Shown: positions 23,573 through 36,615 of the stretch, in pieces | How positions within the stretch are numbered: the first letter of the stretch is position 1 | Layout: each line of letters opens with the position of its first letter | Assembly (NCBI GenBank): GCA_963665325.3 | Contig: CAXXWS020000003.1 | Coordinates: 896,001-960,000, forward strand | Origin: Alphaproteobacteria bacterium | GTDB taxonomy: Bacteria > Pseudomonadota > Alphaproteobacteria > Bin95 | Length of the DNA stretch: 64,000 bases | Direction: 5' to 3' | Made by a program: the position numbers and the translations under genes | Notes under the pieces: generated by a model | Told to the model about the DNA's origin: nothing | The model's input: only the letters and a program-made list of their open reading frames with translations | Databases searched by the model: none

Positions 23573-26500
23573 CCGACACTGACGATTGCGGACGCGTCGG
23601 CGACGGAGGGGAGTGCGGTCGAGTTCACGGTGAGCTTGAGCCCGGCGGCGGACCAGGCGGTGACGGTCTTGTACGCGGCGAGCGACGGCACGGCGACGGC
23701 GGACGGGGCGCATGAGGACGGGGCGGACTACACCGCGCCGGCGAGCGACGCGGCGCTGATCTTCGATGCGGGCGAGACGAGCGCGACGATCACCGTCGCG
23801 ACCGGCGACGACACGGTGGACGAGGACGACGAGAGCTTCACCGTGACCTTGTCGGACCCGTCTTCGAACGCGTTGCTGGGCGCCGCGAAGACGGCGACCG
23901 GAACGATCGTCGACGACGACACCGACCCGGCCGAGGTCACCGGCGTCGCGTTCGAGAACGCGCCTGCGAGCGGCGAGTACGCCCTGGGCGACGCGATCGA
24001 GGTGAGCGTGACCTTCGACACGGCGGTGGAGGTGACGGGCGCGCCGCGGGTTCGGCTGGCGATGCCGGGCACGGCGGCGAGCGCGAGCTACGCACTCTAC
24101 GACGCGAGTGCGAGCACCGAGACGGTGCTGGCGTTTCGCCGCACGGTGACGGGGGATGACGACGACGCGGACGCGATCTCCGTGGCCGCGGACGGCCTGG
24201 AGCTGAACGGCGGCAGCATCGTGAACAAGGGGACGACGGTGGCCGCGGTGCTGGGTCACGACGCCGTGCAGGGCGAAGACATCCGCACGCGCTCGGTCGA
24301 GGGGATCGCGGTCACGTCGGAGCCCGAGGTGGAGGCGCCGGAGGGGATCTACGGCCCCGGCGAGGAGGTCTCGTTCACGGTGACGTTCGCCGAGGCGGTC
24401 ACGGTGGATGACAGCGGCGGGGACCCCGGTCTGGTGTTCGTCGCGAGCGACGGCGCCCGGCAGGAGGCGGCCTATGCGAGCGGCTCGGGCACCGCGTCTC
24501 TGGTGTTCGCGTGGACGGTGCCATCGGAGGTGCCGGGCGCGGAAGGGGCGATCGAGGTACCGGCGAACACGACCGGCGGCGGCACGCTGCTCACCGACGG
24601 CGGCTTGGTCCTCAATGGCGCGACGATCGAGGACGCGCAGGGCCGGGACGTGAACATCCGCCACGGGGCGTATGAGACCGGGTCGGAGGTGGACACGACG
24701 GCGCCGGTGGTGGCGAGCGGTGCGGGCGGTGCGACGGTCGCTGGAACGGTGCTGGTGCTGGCGTTCGAGGGGGCGCCCGGCGTCGCGGACCATCTGGACG
24801 CGGGCTCGGTGCCGGCGGCGGCGGACTTCGCGGTCGTCGTGGCGGGGAGTGCGCGCACGGTGTCCGGCGTGGCGGTGGATGGCGCGACGGTGACGCTCAC
24901 CCTGGCTTCGGCGGTGGGTCACGCGCAGGCGGTGACGGTGAACTACAGCCCTGGCACGAACCCGATCCGGGATCTGTGGGGCAATGCGGCGGCGAGCTTC
25001 GCGGGCCGTTCGGTGCGCAACGACAGCCCGGAGCCGTCGCTTTCGATTGCTGACGTGACGGTGGCGGAGGACGCCGGCAAGGCCACGTTCACGGTGACGC
25101 TGGACGTTGTGAGCGGCGAGGCGGTGACGGTGGACTACGCCACGTCGGACGACACGGCGGAGGCGGGTTCGGACTATGACGACACGAGCGGCACGCTGAC
25201 GATCGCGGCGGGTGCGGCGAGCGCCACGTTCGAGGTGCCGGTGACGGACGACAGCGTGGGCGAGGCTGACGAAGCTTTGACGGTGACGCTATCCGGCGCG
25301 GTGAATGCGACCATCGCCAGGGCGGCGGCCACGGGCACGATCACCGACGACGAGACCCCGACACTGACGATTGCGGATGCGTCTGCGGCGGAGGGGGATG
25401 CGGTCGAGTTCACGGTGACGCTGAGCCCGGCGGCGGACCAGGCGGTGACGGTGGCGTATGCGACGAGCGACGGCACGGCGACGGCGGACGGGGCGCATGA
25501 GGACGGGGCGGACTACACCGCGCCGGCGAGCGACGCGGCGCTGATCTTCGCTGTGGGCGAGACGAGCGCGACGATCGCCATCGCGACCGGCGACGACACG
25601 GTGGACGAGAACGACGAGAGCTTCACGGTGACCTTGTCGGACCCGTCTTCGAACGCGTTGCTGGGCGCCGCGAAGACGGCGACTGGAACGATCGTCGACG
25701 ACGACACCGACCCTGCCGAGGTCACCGGCGTCGCGTTCGAGAACGCGCCTGCGAGCGGCGAGTACGCCCTGGGCGACGCGATCGAGGTGAGCGTGACCTT
25801 CGACACGGCGGTGGAGGTGACGGGCGCGCCGCGGGTTCGGCTGGCGATGTCGGGCACGGCGGCGAGCGCGCGCTACGCACTCTACGAGGCGAGCGCGAGC
25901 ACCGAGACGGTGCTGGCGTTTCGCCGCACGGTGACGGGGGATGACGACGACGCGGACGCGATCTCCGTGGCCGCGAACGGTCTGGAGCTGAACGGCGGCA
26001 GCATCGTGAACAAGGGGACGGTGGTGGCCGCGGTGCTGGGTCACGACGCTGTGCAGGGCGAAGACATCCGCACGCGCTCGGTCGAGAGCATCGCGGTCAC
26101 GTCCGAGCCCGAGGTGGGGGCGCCGGAGGGCATCTACGGTCCCGGCGAGGAAGTTGCGTTCACGGTGACGTTCGCCGAGGCGGTCACGGTGGACGACAGC
26201 GGCGGGGACCCCGAACTGGTGTTCATCGCGAGCGACGGCGCCCGGCAGGAGGCCGCCTATGCGAGCGGTTCGGGCACCGCGTCTCTGGTGTTCGCGTGGA
26301 CGGTGCCATCGGAGGTGCCGGGCGCGGAAGGGGCGATCGAGGTTCCGGCGAACACGACCGGCGGCGGCACGCTGCTCACCGACGGCGGTCTGGTGCTGAA
26401 CGGCGGGACCATCGAGGACGCGAACGGCCGGGACGTGAACATCCGCCACGGAGCGTATGAGACCGGGTCGGAGGTCGACACGACGGCGCCGGTGGTGGCG

Positions 26501-27480
26501 AGCGGTGCGGGCGGCGCGACGGTGGCTGGAACGACCCTTGTTCTGGCGTTCGAGGGGGCGGGCGGCGCCGCGGAGCACCTGGACGCAGGCTCGGTGCCGG
26601 CGGCGGCGGACTTCGCGGTCATGGTGGCGGGGAGTGCGCGGACGGTGTCCGGCGTGGCGGTGGATGGCGCGACGGTGACGCTCACCTTGGCTTCGGCTGT
26701 GGGTCACGCGCAGGCGGTGACGGTGAACTACAGCCCTGGCACGAACCCGATCCGCGATCTGTGGGGCAACGAGGTGGTCGCGTTCAATGGTCGTTCGGTG
26801 CGCAACGACAGCTCGGAGCCGGCGCTTTCGATTGCTGACGTGACGGTGGCGGAGGACGCCGGCAAGGCCACGTTCACGGTGACGCTGGACGTTGTGAGCG
26901 GCGAGGCGGTGACGGTGGACTACGCCACGTCGGACGACACGGCGGAGGCGGGTTCGGACTACACGGCGGCGAGCGGCTCGGTGTCGATCGCGGCGGGTGC
27001 GGCGAGCGACACGTTCGAGGTGCCGGTGACGGACGACAGCGTGGGCGAGGCTGACGAAGCATTCACGGTGACGCTGTCCGACGCGGTGAACGCGGCCATC
27101 GCCAGGGCGGCGGCCACGGGCACGATCACCGACGACGAGACGCCGACACTGACGATTGCGGACGCATCTGCGACGGAGGGGGATGCGGTCGAGTTCACGG
27201 TGACACTGAGCCCGGCGGCGGACCAGGCGGTGACGGTCTTGTACGCGACGAGCGACGGCACGGCGACGGCGGACGGGGCGCATGAGGACGGGGCGGACTA
27301 CACCGCGCCGGCGAGCGACGCGGCGCTGACGATCGCGGCCGGGCAGACGAGCGCGACGATCACCGTCGCGACCGGGAGCGACGCGGTATTCGAGGGCGAC
27401 GAGTCCTTCACGGTGACGCTGTCGGACCCGTCGTCAAATGCAGTGCTCGGCAGCGCGAAGACGGCGACCGGCACCATCGA
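23573..27480 (+). repeat. 1785-bp tandem duplication (2 copies plus partial third)
   Basis: CCGACACTGACGATTGCGGA at 23573, 25358 and 27143; near-identical intervening sequence. Confidence 0.92.
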
Positions 27481-28504
27481 GAACAACGACGACGCGTCGA
27501 CCGATGCGGCACTGAAGGCGTTGACGTTGAAGGTCGGTGGAAGCGGTGTGGACCTGACCCCTGTCTTCGCGGCCACCACATACAGCTATGAGGTCGACGT
27601 TGCGAACACGGCCGCGACTGTGAACGTGGTAGCCGAACCGAACCACGGCAAGGCGACCGTCGCGATTGGCGGCGATGACGACACGACCTCCCCCGGCGAA
27701 GCGGCGTTGTCCATGGCGTTCGGGGAGAACACCGTCACCGTCACGGTGACGGCGGAGGACGGGAACGCAACGCAGGACTACACCGTGAAGGTGACCCGGG
27801 CCCCGCCCGAGCTGGCGTGGGACCACACCGTCTACTATGTCGGCGAGGATGCAGGCGAGTTGACGCTGACCGTCACGCTCACGCCTGCGAGCACCGACGA
27901 GGTGACGGTCGACTATGCGACGCCGACCGTCGGCTCCGCCGCCGCCGGCGAGGACTTCATCGCAACCAGCGGAACGCTGACCTTCGCGGCGGGCGAGACC
28001 GAGAAAACGGTCAAGGTCACCATCCTGGACGACACTCTCTACGAGCCCGACGGTGCAGGCAACGTCTTCGTGGAGTTGAGCAACCCCACCGGCGCCGCAG
28101 TGCTGGGCGAGGGCCTGTCGGGCACGGTGCTGTTCATGGTAAATGGCGACAACGATGTTCCGCCGACCGCGACGATGGAGAACGTCACGGTCGATGAGGG
28201 TGCGGGGACGATGGAGTTCACGCTCTCGCTCAGCCACGGCGTGGAAACGGACGGGCTGCAGTTCTTCCTCGCATCGAGCGGGGTCGGTGGCACCGCCACT
28301 GCGGGGTCCGACTACGAGTCGTTTATCTCCGGCGCCAGCGCAACCCTCGCTATCCCTTCGCGTGCAACCTCGGCGACGTTCAGCGTGTCCATTCTCGACG
28401 ACGACCTCGACGAGGATGACGAGACGATCACCATGCAGTGGAAGCACTCCAACGTGTATGTGGCGGAAGAGTCGAAATCCATCGACGTCACCGGCACGAT
28501 CACC

Positions 28505-31500
28505 GACGACGACGAGCGCGGCGTGGCGGTGTCGGCGGCGACGCTGACGGTGCCCGAGGGCAACACCGCCACCTACACGGTGGTGCTGACGTCCGAGCCG
28601 ACAGACACGGTGACGGTGACGCCGTCCCTGGCCACCGGGTCCAGCTCGGACGTGACGTTCAGCCCGACCTCGCTGACCTTCGGGACCGAGGACTGGGATA
28701 CCGCGCAGACGGTGACGGTCTTGGCCGGCCACGACGACGATGCGGTCGCGGACGCCGCGACGATCGAGCATGCCGCGGCGGGCGGGGACTACGCCTCCGC
28801 GCCAACCGGTGAGGTATCGGTCACCGTGACCGACGACGAGCAGGCATCGACGGCGGTGGCGCTGTCGGTGGACGTGATGTCGGTGGACGAGGATGCGGGG
28901 GCGACCGAGATCACGGTGACCGGCTCGCTCAACGGTGGGACCATCGCGACGGCGACCGACGTGACGGTGTCGGTCGGCGCCGGCACTGCCGCGGCATCCG
29001 ACTTCGCGGCGGTTGCTGACTTCACGCTGACGATCGATGCGGGCGAGACCACGGGCACGGCGACGTTCGCGCTGACGCCGACGGACGACGACGTGGACGA
29101 GGATGACGAGACGCTGTCGGTGACGGGCACGACGACCGCGACGGGTCTGACGGTGACGGGGACGACGGCGACCATCGTAGACGACGACACCCGCGGCGTG
29201 GCGATCTCGGCACCCACGCTGACGGTGCCTGAGGGCAGCACGGCCACCTACACGGTGGTGCTGACCTCGCAGCCGACGGCGACGGTCACGGTGACGCCGG
29301 CGCGGTCCTCGGGTTCAGGCGATGTGACGTTCAGCCCGGCCTCTCTGAGCTTCGGGACCGGGGACTGGAACACGGCGAAGACGGTGACGGTGAGCGCGGC
29401 CGAGGATGACGATGCCGAGGCCGACGAGGCGGTGCTTTCGCATGCGGTCTCGGGCGGCGACTACGGCGCCAACAGCGTGACGGCATCGAGCGTCGATGTG
29501 ACGGTCGGCGACGACGAGACGGCCTCGACGACAGTCGCGCTGAGTGTGAACCCGACATCGGTGGACGAGGACGCCGGCACCACATCGGTAACGGTGACGG
29601 GGACGCTGGACGGGGCGCCGCGAACCGCGGACACGGTGGTGACGGTGTCGGTTGGCGCCACCGGCGATGGTGCTGCGGAGGGGACGGACTACGGGACGGT
29701 TGCCGATCTGACGCTGACGGTCGATGCGGGCGAGACCACGGGCACGGCGATGTTCACGCTGACGCCGACGGACGACGACGTGGATGAGAGTGACGAGACG
29801 CTGTCGGTGACGGGCACGGCGACGGGTCTGACGGTGACGGGGACGACGGCGACCATCGTGGACGACGACGAGCGCGGCGTGACGGTCTCGGCACCCACGC
29901 TGACGGTGCCTGAGGGCAGCACGGCGACCTACACGGTGGTACTGACCTCGCAGCCGACGGCGACGGTGACGGTGACGCCGTCCCGGTCCTCGGGTTCCGG
30001 CGATGTGACGTTCAGCCCGGCCTCTCTGAGCTTCGGTACCGGGGACTGGAACACGGCGAAGACGGTGACGGTGTCGGCGGCCGAGGATGACGATGCCGAG
30101 GCCGACGAAGCGGTGCTTTCGCATGCGGTCTCGGGCGGCGATTACGGCGCCAACAGCGTGACGGCATCGAGCGTCGATGTGACGGTCGGCGACGACGAGA
30201 CGGCCTCGACGACAGTCGCGCTGAGTGTGAACCCGGCGTCGGTCGCTGAAGACGCGGGCGGCACCACCGTGACGGTAACGGGGACGCTGGACGGTGCGCC
30301 CCGGACTGTGGACACGGTGGTGACGGTGTCGGTTGGCGCCACCGGGGACGGCGCCACGGAGGGGACGGACTACGGGACGGTTGCCGACCTGACGCTGACG
30401 GTCGATGCGGGCGAGACCACGGGCACGGCGACGTTCACACTGACGCCGACGGACGACGACGTGGACGAGGGTGACGAGACGCTGTCGGTCGAGGGTGGGC
30501 ACAAGACAATCGACGTCGATGTCGATCACGACAACCTTGAGGAATTGTCGGTGACGGGGACGACGGCGACGATCGTGGACGACGACACCCGCGGCGTGAC
30601 GGTCTCGCCAATCGTGCTGGCGGTGCCTGAGGGCAGCACGGCGACCTACACGGTGGTTCTGACCTCGCAGCCGACGGCGACGGTGACGGTGACGCCGTCC
30701 CGGTCCTCGGGCTCCGGCGATGTGACGTTCAGCCCGGCCTCTCTGAGCTTCGGTACCGGGGACTGGAGCACGGCGAAGACGGTGACGGTGTCGGCGGCCC
30801 AGGATGACGATGCCGAGGCCGACGAGGCGGTGCTTTCGCATGCGGTCTCGGGCGGCGACTACGGCGCCAACAGCGTGACGGCATCGAGCGTCGATGTGAC
30901 GGTCGGCGACAACGAGACGGCGTCGACGACAGTCGCGCTGAGTGTGAACCCGGCGTCGGTCGCTGAAGACGCGGGCGGCACCACCGTGACGGTGACGGGG
31001 ACGCTGGACGGGGCGCCCCGGACCGCGGACACGGTGGTGACGGTGTCGGTTGGCGCCACCGGGACGGCGCCGCGGAGGGGACGGACTACGGGACGGTCGC
31101 CGACCTGACGCTGACCGTCGATGCGGGCGAGACCACGGGCACGGCGACGTTCACGCTGACGCCGACGGACGACGATGTGGACGAGGGTGACGAGACGCTG
31201 TCGGTCGCAGGCACGACGACCGCGACGGGTCTGACGGTGACGGAGACGATGGCAACCATCGTGGACGACGACACCCGCGGTGTGGCGATCTCGGCACCCA
31301 CGCTGACGGTGTCTGAGGGCAGCACGGCGACCTACACGGTGGTTCTGACCTCGCAGCCGACGGCGACGGTGACGGTGACGCCGTCGCGGTCCTCGGGTTC
31401 CGGCGATGTGACGTTCAGCCCGGCCTCCCTGAGCTTCGGTACCGGGGACTGGAGCACGGCGAAGACGGTGACGGTGTCGGCGGCCGAGGATGACGATGCC

Positions 31501-31615
31501 GAGGCCGACGAAGCGGTGCTTTCGCACGCGGTCTCGGGCGGCGACTATAGCGCCAACAGCGTGACAGCCTCCGGCGTGGCGGTGACCGTGGACGACGACG
31601 AGACGGCCTCGACGG
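28505..31615 (+). repeat. About 4.5 tandem ~690-bp two-domain Calx-beta-like repeats
   Basis: DDD.RGV..S..TLTVPEG..ATYTVVLTS.PT repeated near 28510, 29180, 29865, 30580 and 31265. Confidence 0.88.
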
Positions 31616-34600
31616 TCCCGGGTCCGGTGACGGAACTGAGCGCCGAGGGCGTGGCGACGGGTGTCAGTTTGAGTTGGACGGCTCCAGCCGGTCCGATTCG
31701 GGGCTACCTCATCGAGGTCTCCTTCAACGAAGGCGACTCATGGGCGGCGATCGGGGACGACACGCCCCCAGAGGCTACCGGATATTTCCATCTCCTGGAC
31801 ATGGAGGCCGGCGAAACACGCCTGTACAGGGTGTCGACCATCGCCAACGACGGCATGACAAGCGCCTCAGCGCCGGTGGAGGCGACCGCGACGACCGAGG
31901 CCGCCGGACTGACGGCCACGGGTATCGCCGTCCAGGATGCGCCCGACGGAATGCCGGCGATCGATGTGTGCTGGACACCGGGAAACCCGTCGGTGACCTT
32001 CCTGAGGGACTTCGCCCTGCGTTTCAGGCCGACGTCGCAACCCGGCGGTTTGGGGAGCAACTGGGTGCAACTCTCCGAGTCCTCCGACGGGTGTGACGGC
32101 GGCCGCGGCGTTGGCACACGAGTGACGGCAATCGTTCCGAACGCGGAATTCGCCCTTCAGTTCCGCGCCAGATACGGCAACCAATGGATCGTGTCGGACG
32201 TCGCCCGGGCGATATCGCTCGATCCGACCCGAGACCTCCGCACCGAGGTGGCGGCGGGCATCAGCGACCTGTCGGTCGACACGCTCGTGCCGGACACCGT
32301 GTGTCCGGCCTACGACGACCCGGCGACGCCAGGGGACGAGGCAGGCTCGTTCTTCGTCAACATCGGTTTCACCACCGTGGACCCGGTCCACGTCAACTAC
32401 GAGAAGGTGGCCGGTTTCGTGGTGGCCGATGACGTGACGGTAGCGAACGGAACGGCGGAACTCGTCGCCGATTCGTTCCACACTCAATTCGGATACCGGG
32501 TGAAGATCACTCCCACGATCTGGGGTGAGGACGTGGTGGTGAGTGTGCCGGCCGGGGCCGTGACTCACCTGGAGACCTCGATGCCCAACCTGGCCTCGAA
32601 CGAGTTCAGGCGGAAGACCTCAAACGGCGAAGACTGCGCTCCCGAAGCGGCGGTGCCGATAGTCGCATTCGTGAAGATCTACGACGGCACCCCCTCGGAC
32701 GGCTCATGGCCGGCGGGCGACGTGATCCAGGCAAGTCTGCGCTTCACCGAACCAATGGCGGTTTCGACAGCGGGCGGCATCCCGACCCTGACCTTGCGCC
32801 TCGGAGACGGAGACGATGCCGCCGAAGTGCAGGCCACCTATACCCGCCTCGATACCCAAAACGACGCCTATTTCGAATATGCCGTGACGCCCGGTCAGGG
32901 ATTGGTGCGCCAGGTCAAACTGGTGGAGAACAGTCTCACGCTGAACGGCGGACAGATCGCAGCCGCTTTCGGAGAAATCGCAGCGGAGCTCGACCATCCC
33001 GGTGCCAGCAAACACCAGCTGCCCCGCGCCCTGACCGCAAGGTGGCAGAAGTTGCCCAAGGTGCACCCGGGGAAGGACAAGAAATTCGTGGTGCGCTTGA
33101 AGTTCAACCGTTACACGACGATCGGCCCACGCGACCTCCGCGAGCATGCCGTTTCGGTGACCGGAGGCGCTATCGACAACGCGTGGAGGGTCAAGGATTC
33201 CAACGGCAACCCATCCAGCAAGCTGTTCGCCGTCAGGGTGGTGGCTGACTCCGACGATCGGCCGGTGACCCTGTCGCTGACCGCCGACGGCGAATGCAGT
33301 GAGCAGGGGGCGATCTGTACGGCGGACGGGGCACGTCTCTCCAACGCGCCATCCGTCACGATTTCCAATGCTGGCACCATGATTTCGGCAGCGGACGCCG
33401 AAGCTCACGAGGCGCCCGGTGCTGAGCTGGTGTTCGACGTGACGCTCGACAGGGCCGTCGATTACAAGGTCAAGGTCAACTACCAGACGGTCGATGGCAC
33501 CGCCGTGGCGGGCGAGGACTACACGGCGGTGAACGGCACCCTCGTCTTCAAGAGGGGCGAAACCTTGCAGACGGTGTCGGTGCCGGTGCTGGAGGACGCT
33601 CATGAGGACGACGGCGAGACGCTGACGCTCGTGCTGTCCGACCCGTTCCACGGGCGTATTGCCGACGGCGAGGCTGTGGGCACGATCCGGAATACCGACC
33701 CGATGCCGCAGGCCTGGCTGGCGCGGTTCGGTCGCACGGTTGCGGACCAGATACTCGATGCCGTGGATGGACGCATGACGGCGTCGCCGGTTCCGGGAAT
33801 GGAACTGAGCGTCGCCGGCAGGCGGATCGGCGCCGGGGCGGTGGGGAACGGGTTGGTTGCGCTCGACGCAGAGGCGCGCTTCGGTGCGCTCAGGAACTGG
33901 CTGCGTGGCGAAGCCGAGGAGCAACGGCGATCCGGGGAAACGCGGGCGCTGACGGGCCGGGACCTTCTGACGGGCTCGTCCTTTGCGCTGACTGAGGGGA
34001 GCCCGGAGGGCAGCATCGGGACGCTTTGGGGCCGGGGCGCAGTCTCGCGCTTCGACGGGCGCCAGGGGAAGGTGACGCTCGACGGCGAGGTCGAGAGTGC
34101 GATGCTGGGCGCGGACTTCACGCGCGGTCGCGGGACAGCGGGGCTCGTGCTGTCGCGCTCGCGCGGCGAGGGGGAGTACCGTTCCGGTGAGGCCGACGGC
34201 GAGATCGAGGCGACGCTCACGGGCATTTATCCCTGGGGCCGCTATGCGGTGGACGAGCACCTGTCTCTCTGGGGCGTGCTGGGCTATGGCGAGGGCAGGT
34301 TGACGCTGACCCCCGGGACCGGGTCTCCGATGGGGACGGACATGGACCTTGCGATGGCGGCGGCGGGCTTGCGCAGTGTGCTGATGCAGGCGCCTGCGGA
34401 GGGCGGCCTGGAGCTTTCGACGGTCTCGGACATGCTGTTTGTGACCACGGGCTCGGAGGCGGTGGGCGACAATCTTGGGGCTTCGGACGCACAGGTCACG
34501 CGTCTCCGGGTCGTGAGTGTGCTCTCGGTATCTGATGGCGGGATGGTCACGTTGTTCGATGGTTTTCAGGCGTCGGGCCGGGCGTGACGGCGGGGGTGTC

Positions 34601-34786
34601 GGACGGCCGTCGGCGCGTCAAGCCGCTTCGCGGCTCCTGCGCTGCGCTCCGGCCCTTCGGGTGACCCGCCGCCGTCCCTCCGACGGAGTGCATCCATGGC
34701 CGTAAGCAAGCTTCCGGCCACGGGCCGGCCGCTTTACGCAGTGTGACAATGGGAGCGGTGTTACCCGTTACCGTTACCCTCTCTCC

Positions 34787-35785
34787 CTAGGGGTTCGAGG
34801 CGGTAACGGTTTTCGGTAACGTGTCCCTGCGGTCGTTGCCGTTGAGGGCGGCGAGGCGGTATCCGCCTTCGGATGCGCGCTCGACGCGTCCTTCGCGGAC
34901 GAGCCTGTGCAGCGCCTCGGCGACGGTTGCGGGCCGGGTTGCCGCGCGCTCGCGGATCCGGCGCTGGGAGAGCGGCGCGTCGGCGTCGGCGAGGGCCTGC
35001 AGGATGCGCCGTTCGGGGGTATCCGGCTCCGGCGCCTGGTCTTCCGGCGTCTCGCGCAACCGCAGGGCGGGGCGCTCGTCGTCGTCGGCGAGTTCGATCT
35101 CGAGGTCTTCGAGGCCAGGGGCGTCGCGATGCTCGACGGTCATGAGGATCTGGCGGTCTCGCCGGCGCAGGTACAGATTCGAATCGCCCCAGGCGTGAAG
35201 TTCGCTGCTGCCGCGCAGCGCCTGCCCGGGCCGGGAGCCGCCGCTCTTTCGTGCGTGATGGACGAGGAGGACGGCGGTTTCGAAGCGGCGCTGTATGTCG
35301 CGCAGGAAGCCCAGCATGGGGGCGACCTCGGCGACGGTATTTTCGTCGACGCCGTGCAGGCGCACGAGGGGGTCGAGGACGACGAGGCGGGGTGAGACGC
35401 GCTCCACCGTCTCGACCAGGCGCTGGCGATCGGCGCGATGGTCGAGACGCAGCGTGGGCACGTCGATGACGGCGATGTCGAGGGTCTCGAACGCGGTGCC
35501 TGCCGCCTTTGCGATGCCCTGGAGGCGTGCGCGCACGATATGGCCGGCGTCCTCGGCGGCGAACAGCAGCACGGGGCCGCTTGCGGCGGGACGGAAGTGG
35601 CGCAGGCAGGGGACGCCGGCGGCGACCGCGACGGCGATGTCGAGTGCGAGGAAGGATTTGCCGCACTTGGGCTCGCCGCCGACGATGCCGACGCCCTGCT
35701 CGGACCACAACGCCTCGACCATCCAGCGGCGCGCCTGGGGGCGCTCTTCGAGCTCCGCCGGCGCCCGTGTCGGGAAGCCCTTCAC
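34787..35785 (-). CDS. AAA_25/RepA-like (RecA-fold) helicase with C-terminal winged helix
   Basis: GTG start overlapping the upstream stop; RWMVEALW, GGEPKCGKSF, VVLDPL, LLVHH, ALRGSS. Confidence 0.85.
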   Translation of the reverse strand: MKGFPTRAPAELEERPQARRWMVEALWSEQGVGIVGGEPKCGKSFLALDIAVAVAAGVPCLRHFRPAASGPVLLFAAEDAGHIVRARLQGIAKAAGTAFETLDIAVIDVPTLRLDHRADRQRLVETVERVSPRLVVLDPLVRLHGVDENTVAEVAPMLGFLRDIQRRFETAVLLVHHARKSGGSRPGQALRGSSELHAWGDSNLYLRRRDRQILMTVEHRDAPGLEDLEIELADDDERPALRLRETPEDQAPEPDTPERRILQALADADAPLSQRRIRERAATRPATVAEALHRLVREGRVERASEGGYRLAALNGNDRRDTLPKTVTASNP

Positions 35786-36615
35786 CGCCGCGCCCTCCTC
35801 GGCTTGGCGGGTTCGCCCAGGGTCTCGATGAAGAGCTTCTCGTCGAGGACCTCGCGCTCCTTCTCGGCGGCGGCGGCGAGCAGGGCGTCGGCCATGACGG
35901 TGAGCGCCCGCGGGTTGCCGTCGGCATGGGCGACCAGGGTGTCCTTGAGGCCCGCGGTCATGAGGCCGGGATTGCCGGCCTGCTCGATCAGATGGTCGAG
36001 CAGGGCCGCGAGGTCGCCGGCCTCGGCCTTGGTCATGACCAGGCGCTGGCGGATGCGCGAGGCGATGGGCTGCAGATCGGGCTGGCGGAGCTTGTCGAGC
36101 AGGCGCGTGTCGCCGGCGAGGACGACCGAGAGGATGGCGCGCGAGTCGAAGTCGGTCGAAGCCAGCAGGCGGATCTCGGAGAACACCGAGGGCAGCAGCT
36201 CCTGGGCCTCGTCGACGAGCACGACGGGGCGCATGCGGGTATCGTCGACATGGGCGAGCCAGCGCTCGCGCAGGCTTTTGAAGCTGGCCCAGCGGTTGTT
36301 GTACATCAGGTCGACGCCGAACATCTCGCCGATCTCGCGGTAGAAGTCGGACAGCCGGGAGGAGGGATGGGTGATGGCGGCGATGCTGAGCCCCTCGCAG
36401 CGGCCGAGACGGTCGGCGAGCAGGCGCAACGCCACACTCTTTCCGGCGCCGGGCTCGCCGGCGATCAAGGCGAAGCCGCCCTGGCGCACCAGGTGGCGCT
36501 CGATCCTGAGGCAGAAGCTGTCGACGGCAGGCGTCGCCATGAGACTGTCGACCGGCAGGTCGGTGGCGAAGGGGTTCCACTTGAGCCCGTAGAAGGTGAG
36601 CAGTTCCCGGTTCAT
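35782..36615 (-). CDS. ExeA-like AAA+ ATPase (transposition helper)
   Basis: FYGLKWNPF, GEPGAGKS, VLVDEAQ, PIASRI, GNPRAL. Confidence 0.88.
   Translation of the reverse strand: MNRELLTFYGLKWNPFATDLPVDSLMATPAVDSFCLRIERHLVRQGGFALIAGEPGAGKSVALRLLADRLGRCEGLSIAAITHPSSRLSDFYREIGEMFGVDLMYNNRWASFKSLRERWLAHVDDTRMRPVVLVDEAQELLPSVFSEIRLLASTDFDSRAILSVVLAGDTRLLDKLRQPDLQPIASRIRQRLVMTKAEAGDLAALLDHLIEQAGNPGLMTAGLKDTLVAHADGNPRALTVMADALLAAAAEKEREVLDEKLFIETLGEPAKPRRARR

Larger units (their letters stand above)
13736..34587 (+). pseudogene. Giant repetitive surface adhesin/autotransporter-like gene (lectin-like N-domain, SwmB-like, Calx-beta, FN3, cadherin-like beta-sandwich repeats, partial beta-barrel), split into ORFs 13736-14383, 14492-31108 and 31177-34587
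   Basis: Signal peptide ..PANAQ; ORFs 1 and 2 are in the same frame across a single TAG; a missing G at 31061-63 relative to the sister repeat; DY/DDD Calx-beta motifs; W..V.GA.GYK.QWKSG FN3; PQAWLARFGRTVA and LWGRGA barrel region cut after VTRLRV (~34513). Confidence 0.85.
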
